DNA of 64,000 bases from Trypanosoma brucei. Taxonomy: Eukaryota. The DNA lies in the NCBI GenBank assembly GCA_000002445.1, contig CP000071.1, positions 288,001-352,000 of the forward strand, given 5' to 3'. A program made the position numbers and the translations under genes. The notes under the pieces are model-generated. The model was given only the letters and a program-made list of their open reading frames with translations, did not search any database and was not told the DNA's origin. Below are positions 21,339 through 32,856 of the stretch, piece after piece (the stretch's first letter is position 1; each line of letters opens with the position of its first letter).

Positions 21339-23463
21339 CTCTCTCTTGGATGTGGAAATCTTGGAATGATGTTTCGTCTACAAAATGGTAAGGAAAGATA
21401 GCAACAAAAGTTGATACTATGCATGAAATGACACGGAGAAAATGAGACCAACTGGAAGCCATAATTAGTCACTTATGCACAAGGCACAACATCTTTACGG
21501 AAAACACAACTAAAGTCGTTGACATACATGGACTACACAACACAGAAGCAGTGATGTATATGACAGTATGCCTCAGTCACACTTCCATATGTGCATGCAC
21601 GCTCATAAGCATTGCCAACTTTCTTCCCCGACTAACCAGGAGCTCTGTAGCAAACACAGTAACTATGATGTCTCGCAGTCAATGACCAAAATAAAAAATA
21701 AAAACAAACGCGAGAGGTCTGACAGACCTTTTCCCCCCATATTTTTTGGATCAACGCAATCACGCAAATTGGGCGCATCAACCGCACGATAGGAGAGCAT
21801 TCATAAGTGGAACTGCACCAGGCTCTGTTGAAAAAAGAAAAAAAAGAATGGTCATTTAGCATTTCACGGCACCCCGTGTCGGAAGAAAAGCACAATTCAA
21901 GGGCAGTTGATCGTCACCACCACCCTCGCTAGAGGTCATCTTGAATTTTGTTGGAACCCGCACATTTTTTCGTGCAGCGCTTATCGATTTACAAGCCCTT
22001 ACGCGTTTCTTCACCCCACAATGTTGCGACGTTGTGTTATTCTTGTTGATTTCATTGTGTGACCCAACATCGTTCTTAGCTTCGTGACAACACGGTGTAG
22101 TGCACCAGTAATGAACGTGTTGGTTTCGCACATTTGCACACAGCCTTGGCTCGCGCTCCACACATCTCTCATGTGCCGTTCTTTTCTCGTTCATAACTGT
22201 TTTTGTGTTAAAACACCTGCATATATTTTTGAAATAACCTTAAGTAGTTACCGGTCAACTCGAGGCATTCATCAGAGCCGTTGCGCGTGGGAACTGAATA
22301 TATGTTGATTACATCAGCGTCCGTAAAGACGTTAAAGTTTCGGCAACGGCGTAACTGTGGGGAGGACCAATCCTACTGAAATGAATAACGCAGATATAAG
22401 ATGTGTTGTTACTCACGACACTTGGTTCATGTCAACCTAGCAGAAAAGGCAAAGTAAAAAAGAGAAAATAACAGACCGAAACAGAAAAGTGGATAATGGT
22501 ATAAAAAAGTTGGCAGTGTGAATGTTGTGGGGAGAGGGAGGTGGTGCCAGCATTGAAACGGAACGTGGGCTTGCGCTACGATATGGTTAGGCATTCCAGC
22601 AAATGCTGCCTAAGACTTAAATTGTAATGCCAAGAAACAAAAATGGATTATTGAGAAGAGACGAGAATGCAGCATAAATTGAATTGAAGGCACCAAAGCA
22701 AATAAATTTCTGCATGTGGGTGGGAATACTCCTGACTTGAGGTATCGCGGTGGCCTGCTGCAACCCTTCACTATACGAGTGACAGTGCGCGCAACGTATC
22801 TTTTCTTGCGTCGAAGTCTTTCTTCGATGCAGTCGCCAATGAAAAGAACTGAAGTTAAAAACTGCACAAGAACGAGCCTACACCGCGCTACAGGGGGGGA
22901 CTTTAAAATGTGGTACAGATAACTAAAAAAAGAAGTAAACAAAAGAAACGGGAGGAATTCAAGAAACAAAAAGAAACGAAAAGAAAAAGCGGAGAGTAAT
23001 CTCCCATCATAACATTCGTCTTCTCACCAAGCCCAAACGCTTTCTTTCCCCCTTTCATTGCCCTTTCTCAACAAATTTTTTCACCTGCGGTCCTTCACAT
23101 TACATACGACCCCATACCGAGCTCCAGCATCTACAAAAATTGAAAACAAAACAGAAGAAAAGAAAAATAGAAAGAAAAAAGAAAAAAAGAAGGGGACTTG
23201 GTGCGCGCCGTCATTGTTCCAAGTTACCACGCGCAGGTATATCCGTTTTGGCATAAAGTTGCTAGTTGCAACTCGAAATGTCCCTTTTTCACAGGTCACT
23301 CTTATAGCCCCTTTCCCCCTTGTCGGCTCTCATCGCCCCCCACCCCACCCTCCCACTGTCCACCGCATAATGTTTGACACCTACCCCACTGCACTGTTTG
23401 CCGTCACATTCACCTTTTAGTCTCACTGTTGTGTTCGTGGGGGGAAAAAATTGAGAAAACATA

Positions 23464-25272
23464 CTACGCTCCACCGCAGAAACGCCTCACAATTTCCTCC
23501 ACGTCGTTGGCAAGCTTAGAGGATACAGCGTGAGTTGCGGCCTCTGCATACACACGCACAATAGGCTCAGTGCCACTGGGACGCGCAAACGCCCTTGCAA
23601 CCGTTGCAGATGAGGGAGTTGCTTCATTGGCAGCCGCAACCGCGGCGTCAATGGCCTCCTGCAACCCTGGTGGAGTTAGGGCCCGTCTTTCATCTTGTGT
23701 GTTTGTTATCACTTTGGGATTCTTCACTTTCACTTTAAGCTGAGTCGATGGGATGTCAGTGTACAAACGGAGCCACGAGTCGAAGCTCATTTTGTGAGCC
23801 AACAGTATCAATTCGCAAGCAAAGACGTTGGCAATCGCATCCCCGCAAACTTGAGAAATGAGCCTTGGGAGCAGTGAAAGCACGTGTCGTGTTTTCGATG
23901 GAAGGGAGGGGACCTTCGCGTCAATCGCATCCCCATTAAGAAGAATAGTACCGTGGCCGTTGGATTCAAAGTACGCACCAATGTCGCATTTATGTGCTAT
24001 CGGATGTAGGTTTTTCACTCCAGTTTGGGATGAATATGTCCGCAGCCCAAGCCCACGTTGGATGTAGTCTGTCGATGCGCCGTTGGCGTACGCCGTTTGT
24101 ACCACTCCAACGTCCAACAACTTCAGTGCCTCACCACCAATCCACTCACGGACGGAAAGCGCGTAAAGAATGGAAATACGGTCCCCGTCTAGTAGACGCC
24201 AAACATCCTCGCCAGTTTCCCTGTCGTGAAAAAAAGCCACAACACGGTCGGCATCCCCATCGAGGGAGTAGTAATGCACCTCCTCATTCTTATCTGATCT
24301 TCGTTTTTCATAAGCCGCAGCCCATTCCTTCGTATCGTTCGAAGGGTATTGTGCCTTCTGAGTGTAGTCAGCACCACACATGTAGTTGAGGGCGTTGATA
24401 TCGTCGACGTTATCATGTAGAACAGTCACGTCAAAGAACTCCTCGAAGACACCTGAGGTCACCTCCTGAGCACATTTGAGAAGTGACTTGAGGGCAACAG
24501 CACCAACGCCACTGGCGGCGTCGATCACAATCTTTTGCCGTTGCCGCGGATTTGTACCCCCATTTCCCTCCGTCACAAACCGCAGCAACTCCCCTAATGA
24601 ACCAAAAACCTCTTTTGCGTATAGCGCCGAGGTGAAGTCAGCGGGTTTCATTGCTCCAGGCCCCGTAAGTTGCTCCCTGTTTGCTCGTCCAACCAAATAG
24701 TGCAACTGAGGAGTAGTAAGCACACCATGATCAGCATAGGTCACACCGATCGCCTGTAAAGAGGAAAATATGGCGCTCAAAATGTCCACACCTGTTGGGC
24801 GTGTATCCCTCGATAGGTGAACCGCACCAAACGGGCAGCGAATCTTCACATCCTCCGGTTTTGGTTGTTCAAGGCCGTGCAAATTGATACAATCATTCAA
24901 AACTTTCAAAAGTTCCTCACCTGTGGAGGCGTTGGCCGCCTGAGTGCATGTGGTCTCCCATGAAGTCTCCAGCATGCCACCATCCACATCAATCAGCTTA
25001 AGACCATTGTCCCCACAAGGGTTATGAGACGCCGTGACCATGCAGCCAACCGAGCAACCGTTCAACCCGCCAAAATTCCCTTTTTTGATGGCCCACCACA
25101 CTCGAAGGACCGCAACATAAACAACACGAGAGGCCACTGGGGGCAATAACGTGCCAATTGTACGGAACCCCGATGTGCCGTATGGCATGGGGTCCACGCG
25201 AGCATCGTGCAGCAGCGGGTACTTCGCAACCGCGGCACAAATCGCATCCGCAACCGCAGCCTGCAGCACCAT
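23464..25272 (-). CDS. PAGM: Phosphoacetylglucosamine mutase (PAGM/AGM1, alpha-D-phosphohexomutase family)
   Basis: Active-site Ser loop TASHNPCGDNGLKLID, metal loop DGDADRV, sugar-binding FESNGHG and phosphate-binding RPSGTEPIVRVYAEA all match AGM1-type enzymes. The product is 602 aa. Confidence 0.93.
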   Translation of the reverse strand: MVLQAAVADAICAAVAKYPLLHDARVDPMPYGTSGFRTIGTLLPPVASRVVYVAVLRVWWAIKKGNFGGLNGCSVGCMVTASHNPCGDNGLKLIDVDGGMLETSWETTCTQAANASTGEELLKVLNDCINLHGLEQPKPEDVKIRCPFGAVHLSRDTRPTGVDILSAIFSSLQAIGVTYADHGVLTTPQLHYLVGRANREQLTGPGAMKPADFTSALYAKEVFGSLGELLRFVTEGNGGTNPRQRQKIVIDAASGVGAVALKSLLKCAQEVTSGVFEEFFDVTVLHDNVDDINALNYMCGADYTQKAQYPSNDTKEWAAAYEKRRSDKNEEVHYYSLDGDADRVVAFFHDRETGEDVWRLLDGDRISILYALSVREWIGGEALKLLDVGVVQTAYANGASTDYIQRGLGLRTYSSQTGVKNLHPIAHKCDIGAYFESNGHGTILLNGDAIDAKVPSLPSKTRHVLSLLPRLISQVCGDAIANVFACELILLAHKMSFDSWLRLYTDIPSTQLKVKVKNPKVITNTQDERRALTPPGLQEAIDAAVAAANEATPSSATVARAFARPSGTEPIVRVYAEAATHAVSSKLANDVEEIVRRFCGGA

Positions 25273-25314
25273 ACTCTCCGTTTTAACTTACTGAGTATAT
25301 AAACGATATATACG

Positions 25315-25320
<6 letters not shown>

Positions 25321-25354
<34 letters not shown>
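25321..25354. repeat. (TA)17 microsatellite. Further (TA)n / (AT)n tracts lie at ~25511-25533, 25817-25842 (followed by (GT)5), 35303-35323 and 38531-38548.
   Basis: Seen directly in the sequence. Confidence 0.95.
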
Positions 25355-25355
<1 letters not shown>

Positions 25356-25816
25356 CTCGTGTTGCTTCCTTCCTTCTGCCTCTTGTTCCTTCTTCAAATG
25401 GTATTGCTGTTTTTACTTCCCCTTTTCTACTGCGATATATGGGCACCAACTAACGTGAGGGATCAGTTTTGAATTAAACACAATAAACACACGTGTACAC
25501 TTCAAAAAAATATATACATATATATATATATATTTTTTTTTTTAAACCATTGTTTAGAAGAAAAAAATGAGAAGAGATCGAAAAGGCATTTAAATACATG
25601 TGTACGCACAGGCAAATACGAACTTTGTCATCAGGGCAACAGAAGAGAAAAGCATTTAGATATTTATAGAGGTACATATGCATGTGTAGATGTGCATATA
25701 TCAGGCAGAACAGCCAGAACAACAAAAACAAAAACAAAGCTAGAAAAAACAAAAAGGGATCCTGAGAGCTGAGCTAATAGAGGAAAAGAGAATAGAAGAG
25801 AATGGCATGCACAGAC

Positions 25817-25852
<36 letters not shown>

Positions 25853-26085
25853 TCAACTTTTCGCACAGGCACATTGCAAAGAAGAAAACAGTTAACCTTC
25901 CTTTAGGAGCAGACAAGAACGCAACACAAGGAAGAGATGGATTCAGAAGCAAGGCACCGAACGTGGAACAGTTTAAGAAAGGGAGAGAACATAGAAGGAT
26001 GTGGAGAAGGTAAGAAACGGGGATCTTCCAGAAAATTAGGATAGAGAGGAAGAAGAACACCTACAGAGAACCATACAGTGAGGAG

Positions 26086-26130
26086 AACAACAACAACAAC
26101 AGCAGCAGCAGAAGCGGAAGCAGCAGCAGC
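26086..26130. repeat. (CAA)n/(CAG)n trinucleotide microsatellite in an intergenic/UTR region
   Basis: The run aacaacaacaacaacagcagcagcagaagcggaagcagcagcagc is seen directly. Confidence 0.9.
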
Positions 26131-28911
26131 ACCCGGAGCAGAGTCAGAAGAAACAGAAATAAGCCTTGAATGGTGTAAGGGAATGATGAATAGAAAGTTG
26201 TTTGTGTGCTGTGGTGGGTGGGTGGAGGAATCGATAACAACGTGATGTCGCTTCTTATCCAAATCCCATCTCCCTTTTTGCACTCATCCCCTTCTTATTT
26301 TTTTTTCCATCGCCCTTTCTTTTTTTGTTGTTGTTTTTGTTTTTGTCGTTTTGTTTTTTCCCCCCTCCCACGTGAAGGACAGCTGCCGAACCAGAAAATA
26401 CGGGACCGATAGAGGCAAGAACACAAGATCAGATGCACTTTGAATGGGTACGCAGGTAATAGTAAAAAGGACCAAAGGGGAGGGAAAAGGGGGGAAGAGG
26501 AGGAAAGAGGGGGCGAAGAGCAAAGCACACGCAGATGCAGATGCAAATGCATACAAATGAACGGGGCCAGTGAGCAATTTCCATACTTTGTTTATTCGTC
26601 AAGACAAAATAAAAAATAAAAGAAAAACAGAACTGCACAGAGGTTCGAAATCAGACTAAAATGGTGGGATTGAGGTGTAGACAAACTGCAAACTGACAGC
26701 AAATGCAAAAGCTCCGCTCTCTCACTCTTCTTACCTTCTTTCCCTTAACCTCTCCTCCCCACCCCATCCACCCTTTTCTGGAGATGAACCGCGGGACTGT
26801 TTCTATTCTTCGGTGAAACGCATGGCAAAGACATAACGAAATTCTTCTTTAGTTCTTACTTTTTTCTCTCTCTCTTTTCCTTTCGAACCTTATGCGCCCT
26901 TTTTCTTCCTTGAGGGGTTCGCACCTGCCTACTTCTCGTAGCAGTGTTGTTTTTTTTTTTCCCAACCACTACGATTTGCACCAAAGGTCCCCTGCGACGC
27001 TTTAGTACGGCGGGTGGTTAACGAACATTTTCCTCGCTCTGAGTTCCCCTCATGTTGGTTGATTGGCTGGTTGGTTTTGTTGTGTTGTTGTTGTTGTTTT
27101 CGGTTTTTCGTCTGTTTTGTTTTCTCTTCTTATTAGTAAATAAAATGTATGCAGTACAGAAAATGGAGGCAAGTTGGGGGAAAGTAGGTGTCACCCAGTA
27201 TGTATGTATGTATGTTGTTTTTTTTAAAAAGAAAAAGTGGCTCTCGCACAGCTTCCCTCACTATTGATGGCACCATATTTAGGTTGTTGCACGCACTCAA
27301 CAGCACTTTGTTGTTTTCATTATTTTATTGCTTATCCAATCACTCTGATTTACTTCCTACATATTTATTACACACTTCGCTCACCGTTATTATCCATACA
27401 TTTATGTATAGGTCTATTTTTATTTATTTGATACCTTTCTCCACCAACTGCATCCTCTTTGTTTCACAATTCTCTTTCTCTCTTTTCTCACCCTCTGTAT
27501 CCTTTACCATCTTATATTTCCTCTATTCTTCTATTTTCTCTTTCACAGTGTGTGTTTGATTAAAGTTTTGCTGCTTTTTCCCTTTTTTTTCGTTTTCGAA
27601 GTTACCGTTTTGTTTTCCTTTGTCCTTTTTTCCCCCCTTTATTCTTCGTCACTTCTCTCATATTTTTACCACTTTCTGAAATATGAAAATGAGATGATTT
27701 CACGTCTTCTTACCCTTCACTTCTCTCCTCCTCTCCTTGCATCCTTCCAAACCCCAACGCCAACAGACACTTCGCTTCCCTTTCCACAATTGTCTCTGCT
27801 TTAATTCTTTCCTTCATCATATTCCCCACTTTCCAGATATGTATGAAGGAAGGAAGCAATTGCATGTGATTGCGTACTTGAGATAAGCAGCAGCGGCATG
27901 GGGGGAAGGGGAAATTTTTTTTAAAAAAACAAGGAGGAAGGGAGGAGAGAAGAGAAGAGAAAATAATCATAAACAAAGGACGGAAAAACACGGGAAATAT
28001 GGCGGCACACACACACGCACGCACACACGCTACACCGGTGATAGGAAAATGTGTCCGAACTCACACAAGTAGCATGGACTGATGGGAAAGAATGAAAGAA
28101 TGAAAGAATGAAAGAAAGAGAAAAAGAGAGGCGACGGGGGTGGGGCGTACCAATGAGCTGAAAAGATTTTGAAAAAAAAAAGGGGGAAGGGAATCCGGAG
28201 GAGGAGACGGGGACGGGGACAACAAAACATCAAAGAGTAAAACTTAGTTTTTTTCCCCCTTTCTGAAGGTCAAAAATAAAAAGCATTATGGAGGAGAAAC
28301 ATTTTTTTTAAATGCCTAAAACTTATGGGAGGGTAAAGAAGGAACCAGAAACTAAAGAAAAATGGGGCATTCTGCTTTTTCTGAGTTAACAAAGATCGCC
28401 CCAAAGAAAAATCATAAAAAAGTCTTTTTTTTTCTTATTATTCGCCTTAAAGGTGGGTGTGCAAGCGTAGACACACTGGCCAAACGTGGCGCAGGCACAT
28501 CGTTGCGTCAACACACATTTTTTTTTGGTGGCAATAAGAACTCGCAGGCATTTCAATAGTTAAAAAAAGAAAAAAGAGAGACACGCGCATAGTTTCGAAA
28601 GAAAAGAACTTATTCCCTCCATCCACTCCCCCTCCCCCTCTTCTTCTTCTTCCTCTTCTACCGCTCACTTAACGCCAGACTTCCTCCCTTCGTTTTACGC
28701 CTTAAGATCCATTCCACCCACATCCCCATAATAATCCATTTGTCCATTCAAATGGTAGAAATGGCAGCCATCCAGGAACTTAGAAAATGCCCTCATGTCG
28801 GCTTACTCACCAATAACGAACAAGAGATAGTTTGAAATGAAATGGACAGTGACCACAGATGAATCTTAACCATCAACTTTGTCATCCACTTTACCTACAG
28901 ACCGATTGGAA

Positions 28912-29868
28912 CTATGAATTGTGACGCATCACGGAATCATAGTTTGGAGGTGCCGGTTGTGGTAACGGTGGAGGTATTGAGTGGTGACTACCGCTGCTTT
29001 TGGGATGTCTTCCCCCTCCTCCTCCTCCTGATCTCACTGGTTGGCTGCGAGAATGTTGGGGCACCATCACCGTACCTCCTGGAAGGCCCTGAGGGATTGG
29101 AACAGAGTGAGGCGCAGGCCCCACCTGAGCAATGGATGGTGAAGGAATAATACTAAGGCCACCAACACGGCTCTGGTCCAGTTTGGCGCAAAACGTACGA
29201 GGGTCATTCGAAAACTCAGGAGGGCATAACGACAAGGGAATACACAAATACGTCTCACTCGCGGATGCTGCTGGTGCGTCTCTGCTGGGTGCTGGAGCTG
29301 CTAACTCAAATGTAGTTGCCTGAATCTGAGGAGGTTGTACAAATGCCTCGGACGGCAATGGCGGGAGACGCGAAGCAACCGCTCCAAAAGCGGGAAGGCG
29401 TGAACCTTCCACGTGGCGGTCGTAAAGACGCGGGCGACGGACACCGTCACGTGGATCACCAGTGGACAAAGAGGAGTTTCTCGAAGAAACAGAAGATGAA
29501 TCAGAAAGCGAGCGCTCGCGGCGACGGCCGGGGATGGAAGAGCCACCACCTGGGACCCTTCTGACTCTGTCTGTCCTAACATTTGCCAACGCCGGCTCTA
29601 CAGTGAGTTTAACACCCTTCAGATAGTGAGGCTCTGGCCGTTGGACACCGGTCGGTGGTGAGTTGAATACCACCCATCCGAAACCGCGAGAGTTTCCACT
29701 GGGATCTCGCTTTAGAATGAAGGTCATCACATCACCAAAGTTAGAGAAGTATTCCTCCACATCCTGAGGGGTTATTTGTCTGTGAAGTCCACCAATGAAA
29801 AAACGAGTACATTTTTCGGCGCTGATGGCCTCCTCCTCGAGTGGAACAGTTGGATCACCCGTGCTCAT
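28912..29868 (-). CDS. RBP33: RNA-binding protein with one N-terminal RRM and a Pro/Ser/Gly-rich C-terminal region (318 aa). Probably the RBP33 orthologue.
   Basis: RNP2 RFFIGGL and RNP1 RGFGWVVF are present. The symbol rests on my recollection that a ~33-kDa RRM protein, RBP33, lies immediately next to PAGM on T. brucei chromosome 8. The RRM call is solid; the symbol is moderate. Confidence 0.75.
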   Translation of the reverse strand: MSTGDPTVPLEEEAISAEKCTRFFIGGLHRQITPQDVEEYFSNFGDVMTFILKRDPSGNSRGFGWVVFNSPPTGVQRPEPHYLKGVKLTVEPALANVRTDRVRRVPGGGSSIPGRRRERSLSDSSSVSSRNSSLSTGDPRDGVRRPRLYDRHVEGSRLPAFGAVASRLPPLPSEAFVQPPQIQATTFELAAPAPSRDAPAASASETYLCIPLSLCPPEFSNDPRTFCAKLDQSRVGGLSIIPSPSIAQVGPAPHSVPIPQGLPGGTVMVPQHSRSQPVRSGGGGGGRHPKSSGSHHSIPPPLPQPAPPNYDSVMRHNS

Positions 29869-31328
29869 CCTCTTCTGCGTCTTCTGGCTACAAATAAATG
29901 GGAAGATCTGTTACTTGCTTCCTCCTCACTAGCGATCCGTTCCGTGTGCTTTGTTCTACTCACCTGAACACTACCACTTCAGCAACTGGTATGTTGTTAT
30001 AGTGTGTGTGACGCGGCTCTCGAGGGATATTTAGGGCGAATCGCTGGCGACTTGCGGGAGTTCTCTCACTTTCCGTGTCCTATATTTTATATTTAGCTTT
30101 TTGTCGTTGAAGTTGTTGTTGCACACGAACACAACCGTGAGGAAACCGACAGCACCTTAAAAACACCCAACCTGAGGTTTTTTTTTCGTTGTATTTCCTG
30201 CGTGATGCCGGTAAGTTTGTTCTGACCTTCTCCAATGCGCAATGCTTTTTCTTCCTTGAAGTTACGTAGCCAACACGTAAAGATATTTTTCTTGACTTCA
30301 ATCGCGTCCTCACTTCCTTCGTTGTTTCTTTTGCTTGAAACTGCCGCAATGGGTGAAAATAGAAGAGAATTTGCGTTGTGTGTCAGTGAGTTCCTCCAAA
30401 AGCAGTTTGGCGATTACTGCACTGTTGTAAAGATGTAAAAGAGGGCTTGACGACAAAGAAGACAGTCACAAAAACACGACTGTTCACCTAAAACAATATT
30501 AAAATAGATAAATAAAAACATATGTGAATATATGTACGTGTACGAAAGGGGGATGTTAGAGAGAAGGGGGCTCCTCAGCCGACTGCCCATTAGGTTTCAA
30601 CAGCAACTTCACATAATAAAACGGGAAATGAGTGACAAGATTTTTTTTAAATGAAAAAAAGTCAAATACAGAAGAAGTCAAAATAAAAGGCATAGCTTGC
30701 GGAACCTCCAAAAGCACACCGTTGTGCCTGCCACAATAAGCGATAAGGGACAAAAAAAAACATGTACGCAAGTTGCACCAAGACAACACACCACAGACTC
30801 CAAACACTGAAGCTGAAGCGTGCTCGAAATGGCTCTGTTAGCGTACATAAAGGCAGTATGGCAGGCATCGCTGCCCGTCCTGAGAGACACTTCCGCACGG
30901 CTACAGCGGGCCTTGTCTGTTACTGATTACGCTCACTTTTTCCCCCTCTATGAAAGTGCTCTGTTACTTTTTTTTTTCTTCCTCCCACACACATTCTCTC
31001 CCTCCTGGCGGGTGGATCACCCACTTTTCAGCCCAAGTCACCTCGAACCCCGAAAGCCGCCCTGCGAGGAAACAGGGGAAAAGGTTTGAAAATGGCGGAG
31101 GTGTCGAGATAAACTGGGGCGCAACACCTCTGCCCAGTGAAGTCGTACGACTACATGGGAGACGGAACGGGAGGGAGGCCAAGCAAGAAGAATAATCCGC
31201 CAACGGTAACCCTGTCTGTGGTTCGAGGGTGCGCAGCAGCAGAAAAAGAATAAATCAACCAATCGATACAACCATGAGAGAAGCAAATGGATAACTCACA
31301 CACCAAAAAGAAAACAATAGACGCCGTC

Positions 31329-32111
31329 CTACCGTCTCCCACGGTTTGGTTGCTGTGAGTTAACACACGACCGTATCTTCTCATCTTCCTCCATCATCTC
31401 TAAAGCTATAGCACGCCCAGCGCTTACGTCACCGCTGGTAAAACTGAAAGCAGTGCCACTGCCGAACTGGACCTTAGCCTCTGAAAAACTACCACAATCA
31501 CTTCCCTCTGCATCTGCCTCCTCCTCAAAACTGTGGTCGCACTTCCCATTCGAGGCACCACCAGCGTAACTACTGCCATTGGGTTGAATGTCCCTCACTC
31601 CCGTGTGGAATCGCTTCATAGCAATAGGATGACAAAACAAAACACCCATCGCAGATGAATTTAAGTGGTGTTCTCGCGCCCTTTCACTCGCTCGTTTCTT
31701 TAGGGGTCGTCGCTCACACACGTATCGGCGTGCCCACATTTCGTCTGTCTCATCATTACTGTCCTCCGGATTAGACACCACAGGTGACACGGTTAGGCTG
31801 CGGCATGGGCCCCATCCCACATCCAAGAAAAAATCTTCCTCCATTGCATCTATCTTTAGTCGGCCACAACATTCAGCAGGAGTTTCATCCGCAGCACCCG
31901 AGAAATCAGCATCGTTGGAAATCATGGGAGAACCCGCTGTGAAATTCTTTGAAGCGGCAGTAACTACTCTTGTTGGTGACGCTATCTGTTGCCCCACCCA
32001 ACTGATTCTATCTTTAATCGTATCAAAAGCTGGAGACCGGCATGACATCGACCAGGAAGGCCGTTTCATCGCACTTTCACCCTGCAACTGTCGTTGCCTC
32101 ATATAAATCAC
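31329..32111 (-). CDS. Hypothetical protein, 260 aa, with no recognisable motif
   Basis: An ORF in the same orientation as its neighbours, of the expected size and spacing for a polycistronic-unit gene, with no low-complexity bias. Otherwise unsupported. Confidence 0.45.
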   Translation of the reverse strand: MIYMRQRQLQGESAMKRPSWSMSCRSPAFDTIKDRISWVGQQIASPTRVVTAASKNFTAGSPMISNDADFSGAADETPAECCGRLKIDAMEEDFFLDVGWGPCRSLTVSPVVSNPEDSNDETDEMWARRYVCERRPLKKRASERAREHHLNSSAMGVLFCHPIAMKRFHTGVRDIQPNGSSYAGGASNGKCDHSFEEEADAEGSDCGSFSEAKVQFGSGTAFSFTSGDVSAGRAIALEMMEEDEKIRSCVNSQQPNRGRR

Positions 32112-32856
32112 GAGACAATACTACACAAGAAAACGCAAGATTGGTGACAGCACCTTTCCGCTACGTCAGCAATCCCCCTCCTGCACCACGCGAGCCCTCA
32201 GCAGGTCGTTTAGAACCCCTCAGAAGAGATAGCCACAAGGTACTGAAAAATGGGTGAAGGGCTCACCCACAACAGTCAAAGAGAGAAGAAAAGGGAAAAT
32301 ATGTGCAACAAGGGTGCTGACGCCTCATTTCAAAAAATGAAGGGAAACCAAAGAAAATAGTGCTGCTAATAAAGAAAAAGTGTAGAATGGAGGAGAAAGC
32401 GGGAAACCCCTTGGCTTGAATGCATTGCCACTTGTACAAACCGTTGCGGTCGATCATTTAGATGAAAGTTCGGTTACCTAAGTGCACCGCACATTTATTC
32501 CGGTTATTGGAACAGACGACAGGAAAATAGAAAAAAAATGGTCTGAGAAGAATGATGCAGTAATGGCAAGGAGGTTGGTATGAAAAGCACTGCCGCGGCG
32601 CGAAAACAAAAAAAATTGAAGTAATTTAAAAACAGAAAAGGCAAAAGAAGTAACTTCCCATCACAACAACGCGATTACCATGATGCTGCTCTCAGCAACT
32701 AAAAAGAGAGAGTGTGTGAGTAACGGACGCCACCTCATAAATGCAACATTCAGACACCATCTATATGTGATTCTTCCTGGATACGGGCCTCCATTGCACC
32801 CGCAGCGACACACTTCACTTGCTTCTATTGGATGTCACATACACACAAACAAGTTG

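Larger units (their letters stand above)
1..21624. repeat. Head-to-tail tandem array of a ~10,427-bp unit carrying gene B then gene A. The window starts inside copy 0; copies 1 and 2 are complete, and the array ends at ~21624. Window position 1 matches 10427, and the ORFs 901..7494 and 11328..17921 are identical apart from one codon.
   Basis: Seen directly: sequence 1..~10400 recurs at 10427..~20850 with the same ORF set shifted by 10427/10428 bp. By eye I found fewer than ten single-base differences and one 1-bp indel, near 8601 versus 19021-19028. Similarity to internal unit flanks stops at 21624. Confidence 0.95.

Noticed and set aside
1-21624. Possibility that the 10.4-kb repeat is a transposable element or an assembly duplication
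   Set aside because: There is no reverse transcriptase or transposase ORF, and no terminal inverted repeats or target-site duplications. The content is two host-type surface-protein genes. The copies differ by SNPs, an indel and a whole B cassette, so they are distinct loci.
22610-22969. 119-aa minus-strand ORF in the unique spacer to the right of the array
   Set aside because: It is Leu/Phe-rich low complexity derived from T-rich sequence, with no support.
25321-25354. Regularly spaced short repeats checked as a possible CRISPR array
   Set aside because: They are simple dinucleotide microsatellites with no unique spacers, and the locus is eukaryotic.
25062-26638. Several 70-130-aa ORFs in the spacer between PAGM and the RRM gene, for example 25062..25397, 25474..25752, 25740..26060, 25903..26283 and 26284..26577
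   Set aside because: They are translations of poly-T/poly-A and microsatellite sequence, giving (YI)n, poly-Leu/Phe and poly-Lys peptides. They occur on both strands and overlap one another.
30080-30349. 89-aa highly basic minus-strand ORF between the 260-aa gene and the RRM gene
   Set aside because: Its orientation is right, but it has no motif and lies within purine/pyrimidine-biased UTR sequence. It cannot be distinguished from chance. RNA-seq or ribosome profiling would decide.
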